Shown piece by piece: positions 1 to 14,029 of a DNA stretch of 64,000 nucleotides. Under the pieces are notes generated by a model. The model was given only the letters and a program-made list of their open reading frames with translations, made no database searches and was not told where the DNA came from. This DNA is from Camelus dromedarius (taxonomy: Eukaryota): positions 14,510,001 through 14,574,000 of the forward strand of contig NC_087437.1 in assembly GCF_036321535.1 (NCBI RefSeq), written 5' to 3'. The translations under genes were made by a program, and so were the position numbers. Every line of letters starts with the position of its first letter. Positions within the stretch are counted from its first letter, which is position 1.

Positions 1-197
1 CCAGGTTTGCACTATTAACTATTGTTGCTTCTTCATCCTTATGCTCAGAGGATTAATCAACAGTGTCCATCTCCCGAGAGTTGCCTCAAAATTCTAATGT
101 GAATTATTAAAGATTAGTTCAAGATACTGTTTGACTCCTTAACGGGGGCTGCACATACAGAAAGAACCATATTTCAGGATCCATTTAGCTGCCTTTT

Positions 198-606
198 TCA
201 GTCAGGGTAGGTAATGTTGGCTGCTTTAACAAAAATCTCACTGGTTTGACATGATAAAAATGCATCCATCACTCACATGCTGACCAAGTGTAGATTGGCA
301 AGAGGTGAGGTGGAGAAGGGTCCTGTTCCCTTCAGGGACCTAGAATTTCTCTACAATCTGTCTTCCTTCTTCACAGATTGAGCATCCATCCCCTGGGTTC
401 TCTGTATTCACCTGGCAGCAGAGTGAGAGAGAGAGTAGAGGCTCACACAGCACAGACACAGGTGGGTCTGTATCCAGGACACTGACTAGAACTACTCAGT
501 CACGTGGCCCCACCTAACTGCTGGGGAGCTTTGGACCTGTAGTTAAGCTCCATGACCTGCAGAAGGAAGAAGTGAGTTTGGTGAACCCACAGTACTGGCT
601 CTGCCT
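198..606 (-). mobile_element. MLT1 (J/K/L-type) MaLR LTR
   Basis: AGTCAGGGTAGG..GCTGCTTTAACAAAAATCTCACTGG and AGTCACGTGGCCCCACCTAACTGC motifs typical of MLT1. Confidence 0.7.
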
Positions 607-1238
607 TGGTTCTCTTTCCTTTTGCTACCCGTACAGGTGCATGCCATCCTACTCCTAGGGTGGTTTACCTCTTATGACACCAGCACGCTTAAACTGACTG
701 GTCCACTGGTTAGGCATGTGTTCGTTTGATCCTATTTCATTCCACTTACTTGCCTCTGGAAGGAGATCATTACACATAGAGCAGGATTTTTCTCCTGTCA
801 GCGATATAAACATGTGTACATACACACCCTGCTTGAATCACCATATTTTTAAAGTGGGTTCTACAGGTCGTGGCTGCTGACTGTTTTAATACATACCTGT
901 GGGAAGTTGGAGGGGGTGTCATCCATTCGTCTGTTATATTGGGAAAAGCTTTAAATGATTGTTCCTCTCCACCAACCTGTTCCTCTGTGGGGAAGAAGAA
1001 AACATTCTAGGACTTTAAGATGAACAAATGATCAAAAGAAAAGCAAAGCCAGAGAGGTTTCAGCTCAGATGACAATGGAATGAAGTAGCACCCAGATGTC
1101 AAGTAGAAGATCACTTGATTGCAAATTTGAGGCACAGTGTTCTAGAGAGATTCATTTATGCCATTTAATTTTACTCCAAAATTCAGAGACTAAGGAATTC
1201 TCACCTCAAGTTGGTTCTTGATTAAGAAGCAATTCAGA

Positions 1239-1584
1239 TCTAAAAGAAAAGAAAAGAAAAAGACAAATGAACATAAATGTAAAACAGAAACAGACTCATC
1301 GACATAGAATACAAACTTGTGGTTGCTAAGGTGTGGGGGTGGGAAGGGACAGACTGGGAGTTTGAAATTTGTAGATACTGACAGGCATATGCAGAATAGA
1401 TAAACAAGATTATACTGTATAGCACAGGGAAATGTATACAAGATCTTGTGGTAGCTCATGGTGAAAAGGAATGTGAGACTGAATATAAGTATGTTCATGT
1501 ATGACTGAAAAATTGTGTTCTACACTGGAAATTGACACAACATTGTGAAGTGACTATAACTAAATAAAATAAAATTTTGAAAAA
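1239..1584 (+). mobile_element. Young 5'-truncated L1 3'UTR
   Basis: L1 3' end with A-rich tail; 15-bp TSD AAGAAGCAATTCAGA at 1224-1238 and 1585-1599; TT/AAGA endonuclease-type site. Confidence 0.92.
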
Positions 1585-3124
1585 AAGAAGCAATTCAGAC
1601 ATATGAAGGACTCATTAGATGGGGCCAAAAGAGGTAGAGGAACATACTGACAAGGAACTGGTAAGAGTCTGGGGTTTGCCTGTTTGCTTTGACTTTTGGT
1701 GAACCCTTTGATGAAGCCATAGACTGGGCCTTCTAGTATTTCACAGGGAAAATTTCTACCCATGGACATTTAGGCCCTGTCAAATATGGTTCTGTATGCT
1801 TTTGCTTAGAATTCTGTCCTCAAGAGGGATGTGGGAAAGTACTGTTTTCTATTGATTATAGTACTAGCTTCATCTGCCAGCAAAAGGCCAGCACGACAAG
1901 AAAAATCCCATCTCCATGGCAACAGAGATCTCAACTTTTAGCTTGATATCCCATGAAAAAGAAATTATTTTTTTCTCTAGCCTTAAAGATTGTGGTTTTG
2001 TGAATGCAGGAGTGACCTTTGGCAAGAGGGTTTTGTTAGAGCATCTGGGCCAAAGGGCTGATACCCAGGGTGAAAGCCTTTAGGACTTTTAATATGTCAA
2101 CCCTGATTTTATTTACATCAGGGCAAGAAGGGATCCTTAAGCCACGTTAGGTAACGTTTTCCTACTCAGGAACAATGACCTTTTCTTTTTTAATTCCAGA
2201 GGTATCTCAACAGTAGAGAGTGAAAAATCTAATTTGTTGAATTCCCCTGATTACTGTCATTAAACCTCTTAAGGCACTGGAGCCAGTCCTGTGAGGGACG
2301 CCTGATCACCTTGGTCTAGAAAACTGAGCTTCCCTAAAAGCTGTGCTGTAGAGGAGTCACCTGCCATCCCTGTTTGAAAACCTTAAAGTGACAGTAAATC
2401 TGATCCGCCAGATCTTTTCAGTAAGGAGGCAAGGAGGAGCCTGGGCACGAGTGCTCACAAGCTCTGTGCCAGGCACAGCGCTGGCTGCTCGGGGTACTCA
2501 GACCAGGGTGTGTCCAGTCTTCCTTGCTCTTCTGAATAAAGAAGAACATTCTTTTATGCTGGTGTCATTAGAGGCAGTCACTTCTATCTGAGGATCTAAC
2601 TAAGGGGTTCAGCACAACATTCTGTCACTGTTGGTATCAAATATGTTATGATTACATCAGAGTTGTTGACGGAGATGGTATTTCAATTAAACAGTGGTTC
2701 ATTGCAGAGAACAGAAACATCCTAAATGCACCAATCTGGCTTATTTTTACTCTTAATGACCAAGGCCATTAGATCTTTTTTCATTTAGAATTCATTAGAG
2801 GAAGCGACAGAATCTGTTTTTGAGTGGTATCATTGTGAATGGAATTTGAGGATGGGGGTAAGGGGTACCATAAGCAAGACAGCCATGCAGAATTTGTTTT
2901 GTTTTTTAAGAAAAATGTGGGGTGTGACGAGGCAAAAATCAAGAGAAGGGAATCAGCTTCAACAAAGCATAGTCCCCAACAGAATCTTAATAACTAGGTT
3001 TTAAATTCACCAGTTTTCTCTTCCACTATTCGCTATTGTTGACTAGTGAGCAAACTTTCACCTCTCTTAGTAGGAAATAGGGCTGTTCTCCTTTGAAGCT
3101 GTGAGAGAGGTTTTTAAGTCATCA

Positions 3125-4225
3125 TGTCTGTCCGGGTAGGCTGCCCTACGCTGTGGTAGCAGACAGCCTCACAAGTTAATTTCTCATTCATGGTACATGC
3201 CAGCAAGGAAGGGCTGTAATTCTGCCTACTGTCATGTTTACTCCGAGTCCCAGGCTGATGGTGTAGCCTCTGTCTGGAACACTGCCAGTCTTGTGGTGGA
3301 GGGGAAGGGGGAATTAACTTCCTGGTAATTGTGCACAGGCTGTTAAAGCTTCTGTCCAGAATTGACACACATCACTCCTGCTCATGACTCATTAGCCAAA
3401 CAGATCACATCACCAGGCTTGGGCAGAGAAGGAAATCCTTCTTCTCTCTCTAAACTTAATCTTATGTTCTTAAACTTTGGGGAAGACACCTTTAGTCTCT
3501 TTTTCCCAGACCTTTTAAAGGAGACACCCCTAGTCTTTTTCCTGGGCCATTTTGTCCACCTGGAGACCACTTTAAGTCATTCAGAGGGTTTTTTTTTAAA
3601 GGTTATGAAGTCCACATCATTAATTTGGTCCTTGCCCTGAGACTGAGATGGTTCAAAGGTCTCCTTAGTTTTTTCTGCTACATTTTGGATTGTAAAAACG
3701 TTGCTTCTTCTAATTCTGTAAGAATAAGACTTGGAATTTCTGGGCTCTCAGTCCCTTTTATTTCTGTTTTATAGAGTGTTCATTTCTTTTTGTAAAGCAT
3801 CTCTTTCTCATGATACCTTGTCAGATGCAGCCAACAGCAATCAGAGGATGCTGTTATCATTCCATTTTTCACCCTCTTCACCTAAAGCAACAAATTCATT
3901 AGGTGCATTATGTATATTCTAAGTTGTCACAGGTGACAGTTTTAGCAAATGTTTTCCTGCTACAGAATGGATTGCCATTCTTCCAGACTCTACCAGGTTT
4001 CCTTACGGGACCACTGCCTGGCCCCAAGTCATTGCCCTGAATTTTAGGGCTTTTTGTTGTTACAGAAGCACCCCATTCCTGATAACAACTACTTTATTAG
4101 TCAGGATATGCTAAGTTATGCTACGGTAACAAAAGACCCCCAGATCTGAGTAACTTAAAACAAAAATTTATTGTTCCCTAACACTACATGCCTATCACAG
4201 ATCATCAGTGTCTTTACTCCTCCAA
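3125..4225 (-). mobile_element. MLT1 element: LTR remnant, MLT1-int and second LTR remnant
   Basis: LTR-like blocks at about 3125-3430 and 4095-4225 (ATTAGTCAGGATATGCTAAGTTATGCTACGGTAACAAA) flank MLT-int-like sequence (CAGGTGACAGTTTTAGCAAATG..AGCACCCCATTCCTG). Confidence 0.6.
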
Positions 4226-6134
4226 GAAAGGGCTATGGATATTTAATAATATAGTTAACTATAATTATTGATTCAAAATATTATTTAGCTCAAAAAATCT
4301 GATTTTGCCCCATCTTCATATACTTCTACTAATTCATGACCTCAATGAGTGTTTATTGATTACCAGCTGTGTGCAAGACTTTGTTCTTAAGCCCTGGGGA
4401 AATAGCAGAGACCAAGGTAGACAAGAACCCTGCTCTCAGATCAGTCTACCTTTCTATCCCATTGACTCTGCTTTAACAAAGGTGCTTTCCTTTTCCTTCC
4501 TGTCCCATGAAACTGTTTTGATCAAGGTCCACAGAAGAGATGATGTTTAAACCAGCCCTTGAAAAATGAGTGGAGTTTGGACAGGCAAAGGAAGAACAGA
4601 GTAGAGCCCAGCACTCTAGGCAGAGGGACCAGAAGGAATGGAGTTGTGAAAGTGTGAGCCCTGCTCAGGGAGCTGCTCCTGGGCTTTTCTCTTTCACAGG
4701 TCATGGAAGTGCCTCTGATGGGTGGGCATCTAACGGGAATCCCAATGACAAGGGCCTCTGAGAAATGTCGTTTCCAGGCTTTATGCCCCTGAGAGACAAG
4801 GGAGAGCTCAGAAGGGTGGAGGTTGTCCTGAATATCAACACATGCTATCTGGCCCCGCAACAACTGATGAATTACTTATGAAGAGTTTACTAAAACACGT
4901 AGAACATGTTTGAATCACTTCCTGTCCACTTCCTTGGTGAGGGAGGGGGTCCCAGGAGGGATCCCACCCTAGGGGTTCGGGGATGGCCAGACACGCACCC
5001 AGTGCTGGATTGATGAGGTTGACAGCAGCTGAACAGTCATGTCTCTCAGCTGAACTCGGAGCTGGGAGAAGAGGACAGGGCATGCCACGCAGGGCCACAC
5101 AGGAGCTGCATTCTGGAGAAGCGTGAACAACCAAAGGCTGTGGGAGGCAGGCTTTGTGGAGTCAAGAGGCTGGGAGCCTCCTGGTTCCTGCGGACGATGG
5201 GATTGGCTTGTTTGAATAACTCCACTTGCTTCCAGGGAACTGGAGCCTGCTACTGAGGGGTGAGCAGGAGCTACGCCTGGTCCCTTTGATAAGGAGAGTT
5301 GCTTGTCTAGGAGGCCTTGACCAGTGGAGCAGAGAGGGAAGGGGAACTTGCAGGTAGGCCACTGAAGTCCTTCCCGATTGTACCAGATGTCAAGGCAGCA
5401 TATAATAGCAAGCCTTAATTTGAGATCTTATACCACATAAATGACAAGCAGTCTCCACTAGTTTAGGCAGAGAAAAAAGGGCGTAACTTTTTAAAATTAA
5501 GATTAAATGGCTCTTATGTAATCATCTCCGTTTGCAAGGCAGCCCTTTCTTCCCAGGATTTCTTCTATTTGTGGCAAGCCCAAGAACCTCAAGGCCTGAC
5601 CCGATTCCAAGGGGCAGTCCGTGGTAGAGCATCCCCAGAGAGCGGAAACCGAGAAAGCAGGGCCTGGCTCTTAGTGAAGATGCTGAAGTTACTTGAATGA
5701 GTGACAATGATTGGATGAATGAGCACGTGAACCAGCAAGCAAGCCAAGCCAAGAGGGAAGCCCTGCGCACATCACTGCCTTTGCTCCTACAGACACTGGT
5801 GTCTTTTGCCGTCCAGCAGCCAGTCTTCCACCAGCTGTTGTGTCCATGGATTCAAAACCACTTTGTCCCTGGTGGGAGAGGAGTGAAGACTCTTCTCCTT
5901 AGATCTGAAACCCAGTCTTTCCTGCTTCAGCAGCTGCACACAGCCTCTAGTGGGTTGGAGGGAAGGGGGGTAGAATCTGGAGCCCAGGAAGCGTTGCCCA
6001 CCCAGCCTGCCCTTACCTGAACCACTTCCCAGGGTCAGCATCATAGACAATAAGTTTTCTGCGCTACACACTCATTGTTTTTCTTTTCTTTTATTGTTTT
6101 TCTCACACACACATTTTCCCCAGCCTCTGTAACC

Positions 6135-6292
6135 ATGTGTCCAATATCGCAGCCAATTCAATTTAAATTTCATGCCCCAGCTACACCAGCCACATTTTAA
6201 GTGTTCAATAGCCACCTGTAGCTAGTGGCTGTTGTACTGGGCAACACAACTTACAGAACATTTGTATCATCACAGAAAATTCTGTTTGACAG
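6135..6292. mobile_element. MER3-like hAT-Charlie DNA transposon
   Basis: AGCCACATTTTAAGTGTTCAATAGCCACCTGTAGCTAGTGGCT..CATCACAGAAAATTCTGTTTGACAG. Confidence 0.75.
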
Positions 6293-7244
6293 TACCACAG
6301 TTTTGTGCACAGTACATCAATTTTGAAGGATCATTCATGCAGTTATTTAATATGCTGAATGCTAGCTATTCCCTGTCTGAGCCTGTCCCTATTCTAAGCA
6401 CTGAGGATATGGCAGTGGTCAAGTTAGACAGAATTTCTGCCTCCCCAGAACTTACATTTTAATTTACAAAGCCTGCATCCAAATGTCAATGTGTATCAAC
6501 AGCTTGAGGAAGGACAGCCCTGGAAAAGAGATGGCTAATGGTTTTTTAAATCCTGGCTCATCCCCAGTCTGATTTCCTTGAAATGTAGCTCAATTTTCTT
6601 CAACTTTTAGACCCTTAAATTTTAGACTTTTGGTTTGGGCTGATTTGCAAGGCACAGTTGGCTTACACATTTGATTTACCTTTAAGTATTGGCTGTCATT
6701 GTTACGTCTTTTATGTTCTAGATGAAAGGTTTATTTGAATGTAGTTGTTCTAGGATTTAATTGTTTAAATCAATTCTGGCTGCCTGTGTCTAGGATTTTA
6801 ATTCAGTGAAAGGTCTAGTTCTTACTGGTTGTGTATAACCACAGCAGAGACAACTACATTGCAGTCATTTTGTTGGTTTTCCTGCCGCAGAGTCCATGTG
6901 TTAATATGTTCCCCACCCCACGCGGGGGTCACCCACAGAGCATTAATAATACTAGCCTAAAAAGTCAAATAAGGGAAATGTGTGGGATTTCTACATTAGC
7001 CAGTAGAATTCAGACACACTGTGCCAATGCTCCCAACAAGAGCTGCAAACACCAACAATCTGAACTAACGAACTACAAACACTGTCCCCACTGGGGAACT
7101 GATGAGTTACGGTCTGTTACAGTTGAAAGAGACCTTGGAAGTGGGTCTTTCTGCTCCAACTCTCCCCTCCCTCACTTACTGGTTCTTTGAAGATGTAAAT
7201 GATTTAAAGCCCTGCTATAGCGTAATAAAGGGGTCCAGAACTTC

Positions 7245-7415
7245 ACCTGGGCAAAACATTAGTGTGCATCCTGGAGGGCCTGTTGAGGTGCAGACTGCTG
7301 GGCCCCATCCCCAGAGTTTCTGAATCAGTGGGTGTAGGGTGGAGCTTGATACTTTGCATTTCTCACACCGTCCTGGGTGCTGCTGGTGGTCTGAGGAGCA
7401 CATTTTGAGAACCCC
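7245..7415. mobile_element. MER5A DNA transposon
   Basis: CAGACTGCTGGGCCCCATCCCCAGAGTTTCTGAATCAGT..TTGCATTTCTCAC..CACATTTTGAGAAC. Confidence 0.8.
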
Positions 7416-9999
7416 ATTTTGTAAGCCATGCAGTTACATTACTATGGAATTGATGAGATGACCAGAGTGCCTACCTGGGTAGCCTAGAGATCTTAGGATC
7501 CAGCTGCATGATCTAGTTCTAGCCAGGTGTAAACTTGGGTCTGGCACCAGCTAGTGGTGGTCATCTAGTGTAAACACTGATGGGGACAATTCTGGGTCCT
7601 GTAGCTATCGGGGACTTCCAGGGGAGTAACATTCCAGCTATCTCATGGTTAGTAAGCATTTGTTTTGTTTTATTGTTTGGATCTGGGAAGACTGAGACTT
7701 GGGAACCCAGCCTCCATCTCTGCTTCCCAACTACTGCCTGCCGCTTCCCTGTCAGTCCTGTCCTCTCCTCCACACCTCCTCCCCTACCCACCACCCCTAG
7801 AAGGTGAGAACTCTGGCCCAACCCTGTTTGAGAAGCTGGAGAGCCAGTCACATGATATCCAAAACTACACTGCTTAGAGATTCGAAAGCAGCCAGTGATA
7901 GCTTTCCTGTTGTTTAATGAATTCATCCAGGCTCCCGCCTTACTGTCCTCACTCAGCACCTTTACCAATCAAAATCCTTCTTAGCTTTGAAAGTTTACAG
8001 CAGATTCCATCTCCTTCAAAAACCTTACTGGTACTCCCCAGAACATGTCGTTTTTCCTTCTTCTAAAGGGAAAGGAATGTTATTTCATTCTCAAAACCAC
8101 CTTTCCATGTAGGTGTGATGCCTGTTTTACAGATACGGGTGCTGAGACAGGAAGGGTAACACATTTTCTAATTTGTTATCATTTGCTGTAACATAATGTA
8201 AGAATTTGTGTAATTCGCCTGGTGGAGCCAAAGCCGGCTGTAGAGTGATCTTTGACACGATGGTCTCTCCCCTTGCTGGACTGCAGGCTGCTGGAGGGCA
8301 GTGACTGTGCCTCACTTGCTTTTCTCCCCGGCCCCTGCTACTAGCACGTGCTTGTTACACGGTGGCACTCAGTGTTTTCCCAAGACTGGATCTCCAGGCT
8401 CACTGCTGCTTGTCCTGTATCTTCCTGCCCCGCTTCTCTCTGCGCGGTTGGCTGTGGTCCTTCAGGGTGGCCCTCGCCCTGCTCCCACCTCAGAATTTGC
8501 AGCCTCAGCCCCTCACTCTATTTCCTCTGTGAATGCAGTGCTCAGGAGCAGGAACGTCACTCCACCTTGGGAACAGGCGATTTGGAGATGATGGTGGTTT
8601 TGGCTGAGTGCCAGACTCTCAGTCCGCATACAGCTTCCACACCCTCTTCGACGAACCTCAGTCTCTCTTCCTTCCAGTCCTAATCTCTTAATCTTGGGCA
8701 TCCCTAAGAAACAAAAAGCAGGGACATGTGAGAGATTTATCAAAGAGAGACTGAGGAAAAGATCAGAAAGAGTTCATGTTGCTTAAAACTTGAATTGCAT
8801 GAGAGGCTGTGGATCTAAATATTTAAGAAACATTGAATCATTCATTTTCTGTTTTGAATATAACTTGCAAATGTGACTTCATGTACCATTCCACTTCCTC
8901 CATCTCTCAGAAAACTGCCAGTTTCAGGAAAAAGAACAAGGGGACTGGCTTCACTGTGGCTCCAGTGCTGTCTCCAGCGGGGGCAGGGATCCCTCAGTCT
9001 CCAGCAGCTGGTGCTCCCCCAGGGTTCCGATGTGTAGTCTGGGTTAGAGCTGCTAGATTTGGTCTTGGTATCCATCCCTGGCTTATCATGAGAGCTGACC
9101 TGAGAGCCTTTTAAAATTGTCCCATCTAAGAATCTGGAATTAGAATTCCTTAGGGAAAGACCGAGGAATTTATTTTTAAAATAGATTCTGACCATCAGCT
9201 GGTTTAGGGAACACCAGTCTTGGTACTTCGAGATACTTCTTCTAGCATTTGCAGTCATCAGAGGAAGGTTGAATTATCAACATAGTTAAATGAGCTATTC
9301 GATATTTCAGGTGAGGTCAAATGTATTACTTTATTCATGCTTCCTAGCACAAGGAGTAAGGCTGAGAATCATCAGAAATGCTTGGAATACCCCATGAACT
9401 GAACTTGTCTACACTGGTCTTAACCCGTGACCTTAATCCTCGCTCTTCAAGTGGCAGCTCCCCCTGTTCTGCACTGGCCAACCCCACTCTTGACCACATA
9501 ATTTTTCATTTCATTATAATTTTTATTCCAAGTGCACATTCAACAGACTCTACCTATCCTGTGGAATCACTTGACATAAATTAGATATTTTGAAAGATTA
9601 AACCAGAGCCACAAATTAAAACTGTCTTCCTAGTAGTTCAAGAATTAGAGAAGCTTTTATGTGGACTTAAATGGGATGGAAGGAACTAACGAAGGGGAAT
9701 GGAAAAAATAGAGAGTTTGAAGTTAAAGGTCAAAATTAAAATTTAGCGATGACTATGATTTTGTGAATAATTGCACACCCTGGAATACGTTGCCTATTCA
9801 ACACACGCATCATGGGTTTAAATGCTCTTTCCACATATAAAATGTTCTGATGAGAGTGTTGCCTGTTTCATGAGGCCCTGCCTCCCTTTCCATTATAAAA
9901 CTTGGCACATCTTTCAGAACAAATGTCTGCTACCCAAAGGAAATGCACATATTTTTTTAGATCCCCAAATTCAATTGCTAAGGATGTTTTTCAGGCACT

Positions 10000-10180
10000 G
10001 TGAAAGGGAAATATACACAAAATGTTATGATAACTCACAGAGAAAAAAATGTGACAATAAGTGTGTGTATGTCCATGAATAACTGAAAAATTGTGCTGAA
10101 CACTGGAATTTGAAACAACATTGTAAAATGATTATAAATCAATAAAAAATGTTAAAAAAAAAAACAAGAAAAAAGAAAAA
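10000..10180 (+). mobile_element. Short young L1 3' end
   Basis: Same 3' terminus as 37378-38148 (TCAATAAAAAATGTTAAAA) with A-rich tail; no clear TSD. Confidence 0.85.
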
Positions 10181-10772
10181 GGCATGAGTTTGCTTTGGAC
10201 AAGAAATAATCTTTTTCATAAGCAGTGCAGTCAAAATGACAGAACGTGGCCCTTTAGTATTTGGCAGTGCTACAGTATCGTTTAATTCCTTGACCTCAGT
10301 GTTCAGTCTTTAATATCAAAGCCATAAAAACGGAAGTGCGATGTGTATTCTTTACCTCACACAAGCACCCTTCTGTCTCCTCAAATGAGATAAATGGTCT
10401 TAATACACTTTAAGGCCGGAAGGAGGAGGTCTGTGTCATTCTCATATGCCTCAAACTTCTGGTTCTATTTTTACCCTGTTGCTGACTTCAGTGGCTGTGG
10501 ACAGCAGAACGCCCTCCTCCAACAAATGCAAATAAACTCCAGCTGGTCTTGAGGAACGTTCAGGCAGTTACCAGCTCAATCCTCCAGGCAGAATCCACGT
10601 CAATTGATCCCCTTTTGTAGAATTTTCCTTCGCAGGAGACAAATAATTTTTGACCTTTTGTTTGGAATTCAGCATCTCAGTGGATCTGACAACCTCCAAT
10701 ATTTTCTTTTCTTTTTCAGAGAAGGAAATATGAATAGGAGGAGAGGAAAGGAGCTGTATTGAAGGTGTTTTT

Positions 10773-11647
10773 GTTTTGTTTTGTTTTCAATTGTGTATGT
10801 ATTTTTATTGACGTATAGTCAGTTTACAATGTTGTGTCAATTTCTGGTGTACAGCACAATGCTTCAGTCATACTGTTACTGAGTCCAAACTCGTTTTGCT
10901 TGCCACACGACAGGCCAGTAAATCCAGAGATAAGGTGTTGGGGCAAGGAATGGTGACTTTATTCAGAAAGCTGACAGATGAGTGGATGGCAGACGAATGT
11001 CTTGGAGAACCATCCTCCCCCAGTCAGAATACAAGTTCCTTTTATACAAAGGGGAGGGGATGGTTGGTTGTTGCAAATGTCTTGGTGTACGAATTCTTTG
11101 TTCTTGCAGCTGACCACGTGGGCCAGCTCATGGTGCTCCTACAAAACTTCCAACAAAATAAATGTTACTCTCTATTCTGCAACTTGTTATCTTTACATGA
11201 GTGCAGAGCTAGCAAGACTAAGCCTAGAAAACAGGGCACAGCGTTAAAGCCAAAGGAACAGATCTAATATGGAGTCAGATTTGTTCTTTTCTGTTACAGT
11301 ACATGAATATACATATATTCGTTTTCATCTTCTTTTCACCATAGGTTACTGCAAGATATTGAATGTAGTTCGCTGTGCTATACAGTAGAAACTTGTTTAT
11401 CTTCTTTATATATAGTAGTAAGTATCTGCAAATCTCAAACTCCCAATTTATCCCTCCCCACACCCTGCCCTCCTGGTAACCATAAGTTTGTTTTCTATGT
11501 CTGTAAGTATGTTTCTGTCTTGTAAATAAGTTTGTTTGTCTTTTTTTTTTTTTTAAGATTCCACATATGAATGACATCATATGGTATTTTTCTTTCTTTC
11601 TGGCTTACTTCGCTTAGAATGACAATCTCCAGGTCCATCCGTGTTGC
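10773..11647 (-). mobile_element. Young L1 3'UTR interrupted by a solo LTR
   Basis: Reverse-complement L1 3' end; TSD TGAAGGTGTTTTT at 10760-10772 and 11648-11660; L1 sequence resumes at 11299. Confidence 0.9.
10874..11298 (-). mobile_element. ERV1-class solo LTR (425 bp) nested in L1
   Basis: TGTTAC..GTTACA termini; 4-bp TSD ATAC/GTAC; TTTATT (minus-strand polyA signal) near 10960. Confidence 0.85.
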
Positions 11648-12964
11648 TGAAGGTGTTTTTTTTGTTAGCGTTTAAAGTTTACGGGACCTCAGGGTTCCTG
11701 GACGGCAAGTGGAACGGAGAGAAGGTGGGAGGCAGAGCCCCAGGGCTTCCTGTCCGCAGCCCTGCACTCTGCCCCTCAGCTCGCTAGGAGAGCGCTCCTG
11801 CAGGTTCTGCGTCAGGAGAGACTTCAGAAGTCAGAGATCACACGGCCCTATTTCTCTGTGGCTTGACCCACATGAATTGCTAGTATTTTTAAATAGGGAG
11901 ATTTCTCTAAAATGTCTGGCCTCTCAAAAAATTTAGGGGAAACTTTTTTTGAGATTTTCCATGTCTTAAAGAAAAAAAACAGACCCGTTTTCCTGCTGAC
12001 AACTCGCTGTAGACAAAAACCACTGTTTTCTCGTGCTTTGTAGTTCACTATCGTCCAATTACTTCCTATAAACTCCCAGAACTGAGACAAAGTGCAGTCA
12101 CTGTAATCACGCTCACACCGTCGATCACAGGTTCAGAGGAAAGTGAACTGCTTCTTGCACAAAAGTGAGAGAATTTGGAAGAAAGGCTAGGAGGGCTACA
12201 ATTTTCAAGAAAAAAATGAGAGAATATCTATTTCTTTATGGAAGTGGAGGATATTCCTGTGTTTAATATGCAAAGCATCTGTGTCAAAAGAATTTGGCAG
12301 AAATCACCATTGTAACCCAAACCCAGCCCCGTGGACAGTTGCATCCATTTGTGACTTACGGGGTAAGTGAACCTGAGAAACCTTCACACTTGCCTTCCTG
12401 AAGTTACCCAGTGCTCCTGGTGCTCAGGCCTTGGGCTGACTTGCTGAATATCAGCTCCTCCTGTTTACCTCGTTCTCTCTCCCCAGATGACCAGAAGCAG
12501 CATTTCTGTGCACTATCAGCTTAGGAGAAAGGGAGAGACACATATAATATACTTTTTTCATTTCTGACTTTATTAATTTGCCATTGCATCTTTTGGTAAA
12601 ATGAATTCCCCCTTTCTCCACATAATTCTGGATCTCTCTTTCTGAAGTCATGAATGTGCTTTGATATGTTAATAATTCTATTGTCCAAGCTGCGTCTAGT
12701 AGTAAGCTTCCTCAGGTCCTTTTTAAGGAAGACAAAGGTATAAATTATAAATAAAAACCTTAAGGTTCAACATATACCCCTATGAGTAATTTCTAAATCC
12801 AATTTCAGTAAGACACTGGATTTAAGAAAAGGGGATATTAGGGGAGTAGCCCAAAAGCCTTTGGTTCATTTCTAGCTTAGGGGAAGTAAAGTTAAGAGGT
12901 AGTTGGTGAGTTCTGGCCTGATGTGTCCTTATCTTACCTTCAGCTCTTGAGCAAGAGCTGTTCA

Positions 12965-13140
12965 CTCGCACTGAGCCCGTACTGTGCGCCAAGCACTGGG
13001 ACAAGTGCTTTGCAGGCATTGTCTGTCTTTGCAGCGGGCGTATCAAGTACTCTGCTTACCCTTTTTACAAACAAGAAATTCAAGGAGCAGAGAAGTCAAG
13101 AAGCTAGCTCAAGATCTTACAGCCAGTGGGTTTGATCTTG
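12965..13140 (-). mobile_element. MIR SINE
   Basis: TACTGTGCGCCAAGCACTG..CCCTTTTTACAAACAAGAAATTCAAGGAGCAGAGAAGTCAAG core. Confidence 0.65.
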
Positions 13141-13450
13141 AGCAATTGAGCAAAGACTGTGACTTCTTGGTGTCTGAACCCTTACGTGTAAAACAGAGGA
13201 GTATGCTCCCGTCCAAACTTCTTTGCAGGCCTGGGATATTAGTAGATATGTGTACTTTCTTATTCCTCGCCCCCCTCATCCTCCCAGAGGGCACTCTAAG
13301 GTATGATGGCCATCAGCTTAATCAGATCTTCCTTTGTCCTAAAGAGATGGAGAGTCGTTGTTGTGTTTTGTTCAAGCTCTACTATTGGCCTGGATTGTTG
13401 ATCATCTTCATTTTTTGCCTCGCAAAATATTTTAAAGCTCAACTCAAATA

Positions 13451-13985
13451 CAGTTGGTTCTTATTATTCATAGTAGTTATGTTCTATAAAGTGTTCCAAA
13501 TACTGGGTGAATGAATATTTAACCACTGCTCCTAGGGGAAATACAGAATTAGGTTCCTAAGAGCTCTGGTCACATTTTTGTCCACTGATCTTGTTTAGTC
13601 TTATTTTATATGTGTTTCTGTTTAAAGACACCTTATGTAATATACATTGTTTGTTCATTACCTTTGAACTCATGGCCAAACTATAACTCATGCCTGAACA
13701 AATCTTACCTACTTCAGCACTCTGCTTCGGGGTGATTTCAAACAGGGATATCAATGAGAAGCCCAAAAATGATAATAAAAAAATTGCATGAGATAATCTG
13801 TAGAAAGGTCTCTGTTCACAGTATGAAAGCTGAAACAAGAGGACAGCCTTGCCTTGTTTTACCTTCACTGGAAATATGAGTGTTGAACAACTCAAATGTT
13901 TTGCCATTTTGCACATGTATGCAAATGACTGCTAAAGCACCATGAGTATTGATTTGGGGTTTGCAACTAAATTTTAGGGATAATA
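13451..13985. mobile_element. TcMar-Tigger non-autonomous element (Tigger4/MER46-like)
   Basis: TA-CAGTTGGTTCTTATTATTCATAGTAGTTATGTTCTATAAAG terminus and CTCCTAGGGGAAATACAG..AAAGACACCTTAT internal motifs. Confidence 0.75.
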
Positions 13986-14029
13986 GCTCGTTGCTTGTTG
14001 TAAGTTGGACACTTTTTCTAGTTTTTCAT

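Noticed and set aside
12984..13514. Longest ORF in the track (176 aa)
   Set aside because: Non-ATG start, overlaps a MIR and a Tigger end, and has no recognisable protein features.
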